Shown here: piece by piece, positions 53,383 to 64,000 of the stretch
How positions within the stretch are numbered: position 1 is the first letter of the stretch
Layout: each line of letters begins with the position of its first letter
Origin: Bugula neritina
Lineage: Eukaryota; Animalia; Bryozoa
Length of the DNA stretch: 64,000 bases
Direction: 5' to 3'
NCBI GenBank assembly: GCA_964035545.1
Contig: OZ037772.1
Coordinates: 9,355,150-9,419,149, forward strand
Position numbers and translations under genes: made by a program
Notes under the pieces: generated by a model
The model's input: only the letters and a program-made list of their open reading frames with translations
The model's database searches: none
What the model was told of the DNA's origin: nothing

Positions 53383-54081
53383 TTAGGATGTAGCCACAGG
53401 GGAGAAGAGGGAAGAACTACTCTGCCTATACCGGAACGTGATCGCCAGAGGAGGGGAGGAAGGAGCTACGTGCCAGTTGTCTCTGGCACTTCTGTGATGA
53501 CAGCCATCAGCACTGCTGTCATGTCGCTACAAGAATCTAGTCAAGCAGCCAGCATCTAGCCAAAAGTTGAGATGAATAATGTGACTGCGTTATGCCATGA
53601 GAAGGAATTTGGCCCCGCCATTCCAGTCTCACCTGCAACAGAATGCCAACAACTGTTGAAGGGGTTTGCACCTGTCAGTACGACACCTCGACTGAGTCTC
53701 GCAATCACTAACCACTGATTAATAATTAATCATGTGGTCGACCGCCCCACTCAAGTCATCAGTGAATCACCTGACTTGGGAAATCAACTTTATCGTTATG
53801 ATAAAGCGAGACTGATTTAGGCTACCAGCTTGAATTCTACTTAAATAATAGAATTATACTAGTAGACTTACCATAAGACAGCCCTGACTTTAGTCTGCTG
53901 CCCACTTAGGCTACGTAGTGCGCCAGCCTGCCAAGTACATGCGTGCACGTTGGCAGTTGAATCAGAAAAGAACGCTTTCCGCAGTGAAAGTGATTGTATA
54001 ACACCCCTTTCACTAGCGAGCTGACTTCGCTCATTTCTTACCCCCGGTGGTGTTTTGTGTCACACTACTGGGGTAGGCAAC

Positions 54082-57000
54082 TCACAATTGCGTCTCCTTA
54101 TACCTTGGAAACGCAACTCTCAATTGCTCGTCCCCCCAGATTTCTTTTATGATAGCTGCTGGATGTTTTTCCACTGCATCACACAAGAAATCTTTTAAAT
54201 AAGATGGAGGCGCCCTAGTGCGTTGGCTACGCTCCAACTGCACTGGGGAATTTGCTACGACTGGTGACTCTTCCACCACGAGTGGTGTCGCCAGTACGGG
54301 GGGGTCTACCAGTACGGGTGGTCCCCCCCCCAGCTGCCTCTTCCTCATGATTTTGAGGAATTGCCATCTCATCCGGGACGATGGGCCTGTCGACCGGCTC
54401 CACAGGTGGTGGTGCCGGCTCCGACAGGTCTTCAGGTGTGTCGACCTCCTCTTCCTGGGGTGGAGGAGGTTGGGGCTGGTCGGCTGGCGCATCAGCCGCC
54501 CCGTCCTGGTCTGGCAGTATCTCCTCAATCTCTCGATATGCCATGGGTCGCCCCCTCATAGGAGGGCGCCTAGCTGGCTCTAAGAGAGGAGGTGCTTGAC
54601 CTGCCGCCTCAGGACTTGCCCAGTGAGGTTTTAGCCGTGCCTCGTTCTAGACCGACACTTGTCCAGACCGTTCCACTTTGTATGTATGATTTGGCATTAC
54701 CTCAATTACGCAGTAGGGACCTACGAACTTCGGCTGCAACTTGGCTGCCTGTCCGCGCCTGCGGCGATGACTGGTCATCCAGACCCAGTCCCCCACCTTG
54801 TATAAAGGTGGGTCGTCAGAGTCACCACTCCTGACCTGCCACTGCTGCTCACGTAGCACCTCGTGAGCCGTCCCCATGCGTTTTACGAGCTTGTCCACGT
54901 AGTCGTGGACATTGCTCTCTGGATTCGGAACATGATAGGTTACGTGCTCAGGAACCCTTGTTTCTCTCCCCAGCATGAGAAAATTAGGGGTCTCCAGTGT
55001 ACTGGAGTGAGGGGTACTACGGTACGCTCGCATGATCTGCGGCAACACCAAGTCCCACTCTTCCTGGCTCCTACCGATAAGCAGGCTTCTCAGAGAGTCC
55101 CCTAGCATTCGGTTGTTCCGCTCCACGACCCCGTTCCCTTGCGGGTGATACGGGGTCGTCCGACTCTGGTTTACCCCCCACATTCTACAGAGATCGCTCA
55201 TAAGTTGCGACTGAAACTGGGCGCCCTGGTCAGAGTGTATCTGCTCCGGCAAGCCGAAATAGCAGAACACTTGTTGATCCAGAGCTCTGGCCACCGAGGG
55301 GGCCGACGCATCTGGAATAGCCAGTGCATCAGACCACCGCGTGAAATGGTCAGTTAATACCAGTATCCAGTTATTACCTCTCGCTGTAGTGGGCATGGGG
55401 CCTACCAGATCGACAGCAACCACCTGCCACGGACGACCGGCATGGAGGCGACGCCTCCCTGCGGTCTCAGTGGGGCGGCCATGCTTGCTAGCTTGGCACA
55501 CCTCGCACTTCCGCACCCGGAGTCGGACATCCCGGGTCATACCGGGCCAAAACCACTGGAGTTGAAGACACCTGATCACCCGGCTAGCTCCTGCGTGAGC
55601 TTGCTTATGGGTGTCCCAGATCAACTCCCGCCGCAGAGCTGACGGGCAGACTACCCTCTCTCGTTCACTGCGATTGGTGCCGACTGCCAACGTGATCGTT
55701 AGCAGCCCATCGCTGTTGAACCTTAGGGAGTCCCAGCGGTCACAGAAGTACTTAAACTCAGTACTCTTCACTCGCTGTTCGGCCTCACTCGGCCGCCGTC
55801 CCTCCTTCTTGGCCCGGACTAGGTCAGCTACCACTCCTGGTAGCGTGGACTGGAGCCGACATAGCTCCCTGACGTTCCGAAGCAACGTGGGGTTTGCGTG
55901 AAGGTTGTTAACAGCTTTGTTGGGTGATTCGGACAGGAGTTGCCCTTCTTCCCAGCTGTACACACCCGCTTTCCCCAACTGCGCTTCGACGTCCGAGCGA
56001 GGGGGTCCACCGTCCCTGCGCTCGATATTCTGGCATTGCTTACACCCATCTGCCTGGCGGCGGCTGAGTCCATCTGCATTACCGTGTTTCTTACCGGGTC
56101 GATGTTCGATCCGATAAGAAAACTCTGCCAGGATCTCTAGCCAGCGCGCCACTTGGCTGGATGGTTCTGCCCGTCGACACAGCCATATCAGGGACGCATG
56201 ATCCGTCCGAAGCCGGAATGTGCGCCCGTATAGATATGGTCTAAAGTGTTTGACCGCCTTGACTACTGCCAAGAGTTCCCTCCTGGTTGTACAGTAGTTC
56301 TTCTCAGGTGCCGACAGGGCCTTGCTATAGTAAGCTACCACCACCTCGCGACCATCTTGGACCTGCGATAGCACAGCCCCCACATTATGGTTACTGGCAT
56401 CAGTATCCAAAATGTACTCCTTCGCAGGGTCAGGATACGCCAAGATGGGTGCCTCCACCAGGCGATCCTTCAGGTGGTCAAATGCCTTCTGCTCAGCCTG
56501 CGTCCACTGCCATCGCACCCCCTTTGCGGTCAGCCGATTTAACGGCTGTGCAATTCCTGCGAAGTCTGGTATGTACTGACGATAGTACCCAACCAGCCCC
56601 AGGAATGCCCGCAATTCAGAGAGGTCGACAGGAACGGCCCAGTCCCTCACGGCCCGTACCTTCTCGGGGTCGGTGGCGACCCCGTCTCGACCAACTACAT
56701 GGCCCAGGTACTTGACCTCGCGTTGCAGTAATGCACACTTCGAGGGCTTCAGCTTCAGGTTAGCAGCTCGGAGTCTGTCGAACACCTCCCTGAGTCGACT
56801 GACATGTGTGTCGAAGTCGGGGGAGATGACGATGACATCATCGAGATATATGAGCAAGGTCTTCCAGTGCAGTCCACTCAGGACCTGCTCCATGAGTCGC
56901 TGGAAGGTGGCTGGTGCGGACGTAAGTCCGAATGGCAACACCTTCCATTTCCAGAGCCCATCCCGCGTTATAAACGCGGCCTTGTCCTGTGCTTCAGGAC

Positions 57001-58632
57001 TCAGGGGCACCTGCCAATACCCGCTTAACAAGTCTAACGTGCTGAAGAACTTGCTACCAGCTAAGGCATCGAGCGACTCATCAATCCTCGGGAGAGGGTA
57101 AGCGTCCTGGATGGTCACGCTGTTCAGCCTGCGATAATCAACGCAAAACCTCCAGCTACCATCCTTTTTCCGAACCAGGACGACTGGAGAACTCCAGGCC
57201 CCATGGCCTGGCTCAATCAGGTCCCGGTTCAGAAGGTCTTGCACCTGACGGCTCACTTCTCTCTCCTTCTCAGGACCTAACCGGCGGGTCGGCTGCCAAA
57301 TCGGCACCGTCCCCGCCGCCAGGGGTATCTCATGACGAACCGTCTCAGTCAGACCCATGTCATGGTCGCCGCAACTGAACACATCCTTGTACTCAGAGAG
57401 TAGCCGCGCCATCTCCAGGCGTTCTCGCTTGCTCTCGCAGCCATCACAGGCATCCTCGTACAACTCTGCTACGTGTTCAAGCACCGGCCCCCTGCCGTCT
57501 CTAGTGGGTACTCCCCGGGCACCGCCTGCTGTTTCCAGCGCGGGCCCTACATCCTCCTCTTGCACGGAGTGGAACTTCCCTACTAGAGACCCAGCCGGTA
57601 ATTCTACCGGCTCCGTGAAAGGGTTTACGCACTGGACCAGGAACTCCCTCCGCTCATCCAGTCTATTCAGACTGTTAGCGAGCTGGACGCCCCCCAGTGC
57701 ACCTTCCACCACTCCGAGCTCGGAGATCTCCCTACAGTTCACTCTGCAGCGAACTGTAGCCCGGGAGCGCCCAGGTACAGTACAGCGCTGTACCACCTGC
57801 ACTCCCCCCACCAAGGGTCGGCCAAATCGGTCGACACAGGCCAGCTCACGCCCCGCCATCACTACTGCCGACTTGCTAAAGTCGATGTAGCACCTGTGTC
57901 GCTTCAGAAATGGCATGCCCAAGATGGCATCCTCCTTGAGTTGACTGACGATGAAGGTCTCACTGATCATCTGATCACGGACTCTACCAGTCAACTGGAT
58001 TACCCCATAGAAAGGAATACACGACCCGTCCGCCAACGTGCCGTGTTCCCCCTCATATGGTTCTAGGCTAGCCCTGTCCTTGGCACTGAGAGTGTCGAAG
58101 AGACGTCGACTCAGTAGATTTGTGGTACACCCAGTATCCAACAGGAATGTGGCAGCTTTACCAGCAATTTTGCCGGGGAGGAAATAGCTGCTTCCATATG
58201 GCTGGGCGCTCACTGAGCGATTTGTCTCTTGAGGCGACACCTCATGTGCATGGAATTGGGGATGCACCTGTGCTTTTCGGTTGCGAGGGGGTCGTCGACG
58301 TTGCATGGGCGGGCAGGGTACGTCTCGGTCTCGCTCACACACGGGCGGCCGAGTGAATTCTCGGACTGATGCTCGTGTGGGCAACCGAGGAAAATCCCTG
58401 TTGTGCTCCCATTCGTCGTTCACTCCCTCATCAAGCAAACCTTCAAAGCGGTTTTTGAGTGCCCAAGCCGGAGGTATTGGTGGGCCTTGCGGCCGACTCA
58501 CTCTCCTTGGGACTTGCCACTCTGGCGAAGGCGGCCTCCTCACCCGATGGGGTGGGGGCCGTAGCCTTTGCCTTGGGGGTTAAACTCGGGCCCACGGTAG
58601 GCGGAAGTTACCGTGGGCCGTCGCTGTTTAAC
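54082..58632 (-). CDS. pol: Pol (PR-RT-RNase H-IN) of Gypsy 3 with three small lesions
   Basis: LLDTGC, YLDD, DTDAS, HHCC, DDE core and GPY motif in the Gypsy order. Lesions: 1-nt loss at ~58580, in-frame TAG at 54647-54649, G-run indel at 54323-54331. Confidence 0.93.
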
Positions 58633-59477
58633 CGCCTCCCACTGCCGCGGGGGCAACTTCGTAGGAAGTGCCCACCACTACCACAGCCCCAGCATACGGG
58701 GCCGCGCCTGTCGGCGACAGCTACCGACGACCTCTTGGGTCTCTCGGCTGTCGCCTGCTGGCGCAGTTGCCTGAACTCGGCGAGCAGTTCTCGAATCAAG
58801 CTCGTGGTTAAGCTAGATTCGTCTGCTGCTGCCGCTGCGACTTGTACAGCTGTCTTCGTTGACGACGTCGACACGTCGTCTGCCCCGACTTGCTGTACTG
58901 TCGCGCCAGGTCGACTTGCACTGTCGGCTTGGAAATAGGCATTCCCAAGCCTTAGAGCTCTCTCCATAGTCTCAACTTCGGCCACCAGCAGATGCTGTTT
59001 AAGACCGAGGTTGTTAATGGACTGGAGGAATGCATCCAGTGCTAGGCTCTGTCGACCATCGGCAGGCAAGTCGCTGTAAGCAACTTGTGCCAGTCGTTCG
59101 ACTACGGTAGCGTGCTCTCGCAGATTGGTCTTAGGATTTCTCCTAAGACTCTGCAGTTGCACGCGAGCATCTCGAGCGGTTAATCCAAACCTAGCTCGTA
59201 TTGCTTCAAATATGTCACCGACATTCTGGCTTATCCCATAGGGTTTAGCCGGCCCTGTCAGACACAACCGCAGCTGGATCAGAGTAACCCTGTTCGGCCA
59301 TCCGCAGATGTCCGCCACATCACTGAACTCAGTGATGAATTGCTCCACATCTTCTTCTCCAGAGAAGGTGGGAGCCCGCAAGTGGTACCTGTCCATAGGC
59401 AGCGCTGGGCCGCCTATGTGATCCTCCTCTATTGCTGCTGGCTCCTGTCGGGGCGCGTCGACGACTTCGTCGGCCAT
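58608..59477 (-). CDS. gag: Gag of Gypsy 3
   Basis: 289 aa with PTFSGEEDVEQF and CCHC knuckle CWGCGSGGHFLRSC. Confidence 0.93.
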   Translation of the reverse strand: MADEVVDAPRQEPAAIEEDHIGGPALPMDRYHLRAPTFSGEEDVEQFITEFSDVADICGWPNRVTLIQLRLCLTGPAKPYGISQNVGDIFEAIRARFGLTARDARVQLQSLRRNPKTNLREHATVVERLAQVAYSDLPADGRQSLALDAFLQSINNLGLKQHLLVAEVETMERALRLGNAYFQADSASRPGATVQQVGADDVSTSSTKTAVQVAAAAADESSLTTSLIRELLAEFRQLRQQATAERPKRSSVAVADRRGPVCWGCGSGGHFLRSCPRGSGRRLNSDGPR

Positions 59478-60624
59478 CTTACTCCCTGACTAGGGGCATT
59501 TGTATTAAGTGAGATCCCACCGCTGCCACCAGTGTAGTGAATTTTGCCAGTTCACTATTATTATTTGTGGGTCTACTTAATCAAAGCCACTGCGACAGGT
59601 TGTTTACGATAAGATACTTTATTATTTACACAAATACAAGAAGGTTATTTACTGCTAGCATGAATAGAAAACGATTACATAATTAGTGAGCTTTAATACA
59701 CAACTGTTCTAAATGAAGTCCCAAGCTGCTCTGCCGGCTAGCTACTCAGCGCACTGCAACTACGAGTAGCTAGCTCCACCTGCTATCAATTAGTGTCACT
59801 GTCCTGATTGGTGGCTACTAATGGTGCCACTACTGTCCATAGTTACACTCCGACAGTGTCGAACTCACAAGATACATAAAACAATATAGAGTAAACCTTT
59901 TCGATTAATACAATATACTTGCACCACTAAAATCTACCACAATATTTCTATGGATGCAATATTTGTCTACAAATTAGACAATAGCTTAGAATGCACAGGA
60001 AAATATAATTATTTTTCATTATAATAGAAATACACTATGCTACACTTCAATTTGCTTAATCGTTATGGAAATTCTTATTTTTACTAAAAAATAAAACACA
60101 ATGTTAATATACACAATTCACACCAAAAATAATTGTTATTTTTTGTATGAATAACAAGCAAATAGGTAGATAGATGAATGACAAATTACTCACTAAAATT
60201 AGAGTTTAAGTGATAAAAGTTTAAATGGCTCAAAATATTTAATAAGTTATAAGACTTATGATTAATTCACAAAAAAATGTAAAAAATATTCTTGTATTTT
60301 CACAAATTAAAAACCGTAACATTATAAAAACAAGCAAAATGCTTACAACATGCATTGATTGCAACTTATAAATGACATATTTTGAGCTAGAAAATTGTTT
60401 TGTGAAAAATTCTGTAAAAATTATATTTATCGGATAGTATAAAGTATAATACTTGTAGTTTTAAAATTACTTGGTAAAGTAAGTGAAATCCTAAAATATA
60501 GCAGTTTGTTCTTACGAATTCTTTTAATGAATAATTTATCTTAACAAACATTTTTGCAGCGTACAAATATGAAACTATACTAACTAACATATTGCGAACT
60601 AGTCACTATTTTATTACTTCTTCT

Positions 60625-63600
60625 TCAAGTTATTCTGAACAAACACAACTTGTTATCACTCCAACCTGGTACAGCCATTACTCCATCTCTGATACTTGGT
60701 ACTCCTGCGGGTGGTAGTTTCTCATGAAAGAACGTTTGAAGTAACTCACCTGTAAAACATAAAATTCGTTGATTCCACATTTCCAGTTGAACACCATAAT
60801 AAATGCTTGAATGCAAATATATGCGTAGCTATAGTTGCAAAATTAACTTTTAAAAAGTGACAAATTAGACTCGTGCAGATTGAAAACCCATTTAGTATAT
60901 TTTATGCTTTTTCATACTTCAACTGAATTTTTTTTGAAATTGAAAAATTTTTATTCTGTAATAAGCATGAGCACGCAACAAACTTTTAGAATTAAACTGT
61001 TGTAAAAGTGTATTATAAGTGACAGCACCTTGAGAAGAGACAACAAATATCTTCTTCGAGGATCTGGCTGCTACATAGATGAGTCCATCAGAATCTGTAC
61101 AGAGACTGTAACCATCTTCTATATCAACACATGTCCAGAGTTCAACCAGCTGCCCATTATCTATTTTATATTTCCGTAATTTACTTCCAAAAACTCCTAA
61201 CAAATTACTGTCTGGTCCAAACTGTAAACCAAGCAGATTCATAGAACCGATTTTTTCTGTTTGCTGAGATGTGAAATCATAAATAATCAACTGGTTAAAA
61301 TCTGGATTCGTCACCACAGCATATCTGTCTGAGACTGCCATTACTGCTGCTATATTACTTGTTCTAGGAAACTGAAACAATTCTTTTCTCATTGTGATGT
61401 CACCAGCTAAACACATCTCAACTATGCATGTGCCAGGTGCTTTATGAAGGATGAATACATTCTGATGATGTTCTACTACTGATGTAGCTAATTTCACATC
61501 CAACCTGCATACACCAAGCATATCCCCACCTCTACAGAGGGCATATAATCCACCACTTGTACCTACTAGTAGATCTCCATTCTGTCTATAGCAAGCAGAC
61601 ACACACTGACTAGTTGTCTCATGTTCAGATATGAATGTCAGTGATGATGGAACTGTCACCAGACTCACACCTAGCAGTGATGTCACTCTTTCATCTGCAA
61701 GAATTAGATACATTGTAATATTTATCAGCCTGATGTTGCAATTTTATTTTAAAATTTTACATTGTTTGAAAATACAGTCTCTAGTTACATATAGTTAGTT
61801 ATTTTAGCAAAAAAGCCTATAGCATAAAAACACCGCTTAGTAAAAAAAGCTTATCTGGCATTAGCTGTCTTAATATAATTATATTATTAAGAGAGGGTTT
61901 TGACAACTAATGCTATCAGCACCATAAAGTTGCACCTGCAGTTTAACTGATACATATTGCTTAAAAATGTTTTTCATAAAAAGCGTTCAACAAGTACATT
62001 TCAAGAGAGAAGCTGCTTGTTTCGAAACTGCTAATTTATAAACTCAAAGATTAGTTAGTGTTGTAGTTAATATATTATGGTGACTTAAATTGTAAAATTT
62101 AGGGGGAAATGCTGCTTATTAGAATTTTTTTGCCGAGTAGTTTAGAATTAATATATAACTTACGTGTGAAACATAAAGCATGGGGTTTACTGATTGCAGG
62201 TTCATCAAGTACTACTTCACTCAGTTCCTCTGTAACTCCTTTCCTCTGTTTCACTTTCTCAGTCACATGAGTATTTTGAATCAAATGATTCAATTTCACT
62301 TGCACCTTCTGCAACTCATTTCTCTTTAACATCAGGTTGTTGTAACAAGCTTCCACCTCATTGGTCACTTTTTTCCTGTGACCTATGACCTTTTCCATGA
62401 GTTCTTGACTTGTTTCCTTAATTTTCTTTACCTGTTTTACACAAAAGAATGAAATTAAATTAGCAAATTTTTAAGTTCAGTAATAAATTGATAATATGTA
62501 AACAAACAAATTTTAGGTGAAAACTTTTTAATATATTTTTATATGTTTCATAACTATGCAGTGTAGAACTTTCCAAAGAATATTCACTAGCATTCTGAAA
62601 TTGAACAAACATATAGAAATTGAGTCTGTAAATTAGGATGCAAATCATAATACATTAAGAATTGCCAGCAGTTGTTGAAAATGAAATATTTAAATGCATG
62701 TTACAAATCTGGTTTACTACATAAAATCTTACAACTTAAATCTAAGAATTAACCATAAAATTTAAGTTGGTACGGAATAGTTTTAAACTCACTCCTTCTT
62801 TGCGCAACTTTCGGATCTGCTTCACAAGTTTTCCACATGTCTGTTCCTGATCATCCAGTTCTCTCCAAATATTCTTGTCCAGATCATATACTTTGTTTAT
62901 CTTTTCTGTTGTAGTCTGAAGTTGAGTCTGTAGATATGTATTTATCTCTTCTCTTAAGGAAGAAAGAGACTTGAAGTTGTGTTGGTTGTCATCTACATGG
63001 AACATTAAAATGGTGTTTAAACTTTGTAGCAGGTTCAATACAGTCTATGTTTAGAGTAAAAAAATTAAATGCTGTGTAAACCTCTTTGCTCAATATTTTT
63101 TTCAATTTTACATAACCTAAGCACAGTAGAATTTGTTTTAAATTGAGGTGTACTATTAATAGGTATTATTATATATGTGCATGAGGGAGCAGCCGAAGTC
63201 TAAGGGTAAGAGCATTTGCTTTGTGAACACGAAGTCATGGGTTTGAGCCCCACAAAGGCCATTGGTGATGTTAGGAAGAGCATTCAGTCATAATTGATCT
63301 TGTGCTTTTTCTTACTAAGTTCTTAGCCAGATTTAATAAAAACCTCTTTCATCAAGGGTTTCTCACAGGAATAGCGACTATAAACTTGGTTGAGTTTCTT
63401 TTTGTATTATATATGTGCATGGCTATTCTCTTATGACAATATTTATCTATGATAATCTGAAGGGTAACATTAATTACTCATACCTGTACAGTCTGTGCCA
63501 TAAACATCACATTCAACACATATCAATCTGTCACATTTCTTACAAGCTTTGATTAGGAGCTCTCCATGCTGTTCACACACTGGTTTAATATAAATATCTG

Positions 63601-64000
63601 GTGATTGCTTGTACACTTCAATGTCTATTTCCATATGTGATTCTTTGTAGAGAGCTGTGTGAAGCTGACAAAAATATATTAAACAGTTGTATTTGTGTAT
63701 ATTGGCTAGAAAATTCAATGCAACAAAATTTGGTAAAAAGGTGATTGATTTAAAAAAGTTGACTGATGGCGTGTAAAAAAATCAAATACTGGGGGAGTTA
63801 CTTTTTATATTTTATATATCAATTGAATAAACAGTTTATTATAATTGACTGGTGCTTGGTTGTACACCTCAATGTCTATTTTGTTATGAAATTCTCTGTA
63901 GAGAATTCTATATAATATAATGAACAACTGCTATATGCTCTTGGCAAGGATGAATAGTTCATTTACGTTTAACTCTTCATAAGGGTGTATATGCGAATAT
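60625..64000 (-). CDS. TRIM-like gene copy F (B-box2, CC1, CC2, propeller, last exon; 5' exons beyond window)
   Basis: ORFs 63470-63718, 62742-63038, 62099-62398, 60919-61713 and 60625-60816; no lesion seen in the visible exons. Confidence 0.8.
63185..63395 (+). mobile_element. tRNA-derived SINE-like element in an intron of copy F
   Basis: A-box-like CAGCCGAAGTC and B-box-like GGTTTGAGCCC; the core is shared by other dispersed copies (11985, 32808, 50015; degenerate at ~3415, ~34975, ~52195). Confidence 0.7.

Larger units (their letters stand above)
52329..59941 (-). mobile_element. Full-length Ty3/Gypsy LTR retrotransposon 3
   Basis: 409-bp LTRs at 52329-52737 and 59533-59941, apparently identical; TSD ATAT; empty sites at ~35099 and ~3543; PBS 59514-59531. 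Confidence 0.97.

Noticed and set aside
54218-58938. Many plus-strand ORFs overlapping Gypsy gag/pol (also in 24-2715 and 13019-17461)
   Set aside because: Expected antisense shadows of GC-rich coding sequence; no independent motifs.
63185-63260. Possible tRNA gene
   Set aside because: No convincing cloverleaf; it continues into a core and tail shared with dispersed copies, so a SINE head fits better.

Overview
AT-rich eukaryotic DNA, most likely from an invertebrate animal (GT-AG introns; species not identifiable here). The backbone is a head-to-tail, minus-strand array of six paralogous TRIM-like genes (A-F), each with C3HC4 RING, two B-box-like domains, coiled coil and an NHL-like beta-propeller over 7 coding exons. 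Copy C looks intact. A and B have nonsense codons, D has a frameshift, E lacks two exons, and F runs off the window. The copies are mosaic and have kappaB-like motifs upstream. Inserted elements: three tRNA-Leu-primed Ty3/Gypsy LTR retrotransposons, one internally deleted BEL/Pao element, a Tc1-like transposon, a Sola2-like element with 1.14-kb TIRs, MITEs, tRNA-SINE-like repeats and microsatellites. Most notable: (i) a non-autonomous Gypsy element lacking RT, RNase H and integrase core carries an intron-containing accessory gene for a double-zinc-finger/coiled-coil protein; (ii) all three Gypsy elements share a G_UUA_AAC + hairpin -1 frameshift signal with covarying stems; (iii) the BEL element inserted at the edge of one of a pair of kappaB-like sites.
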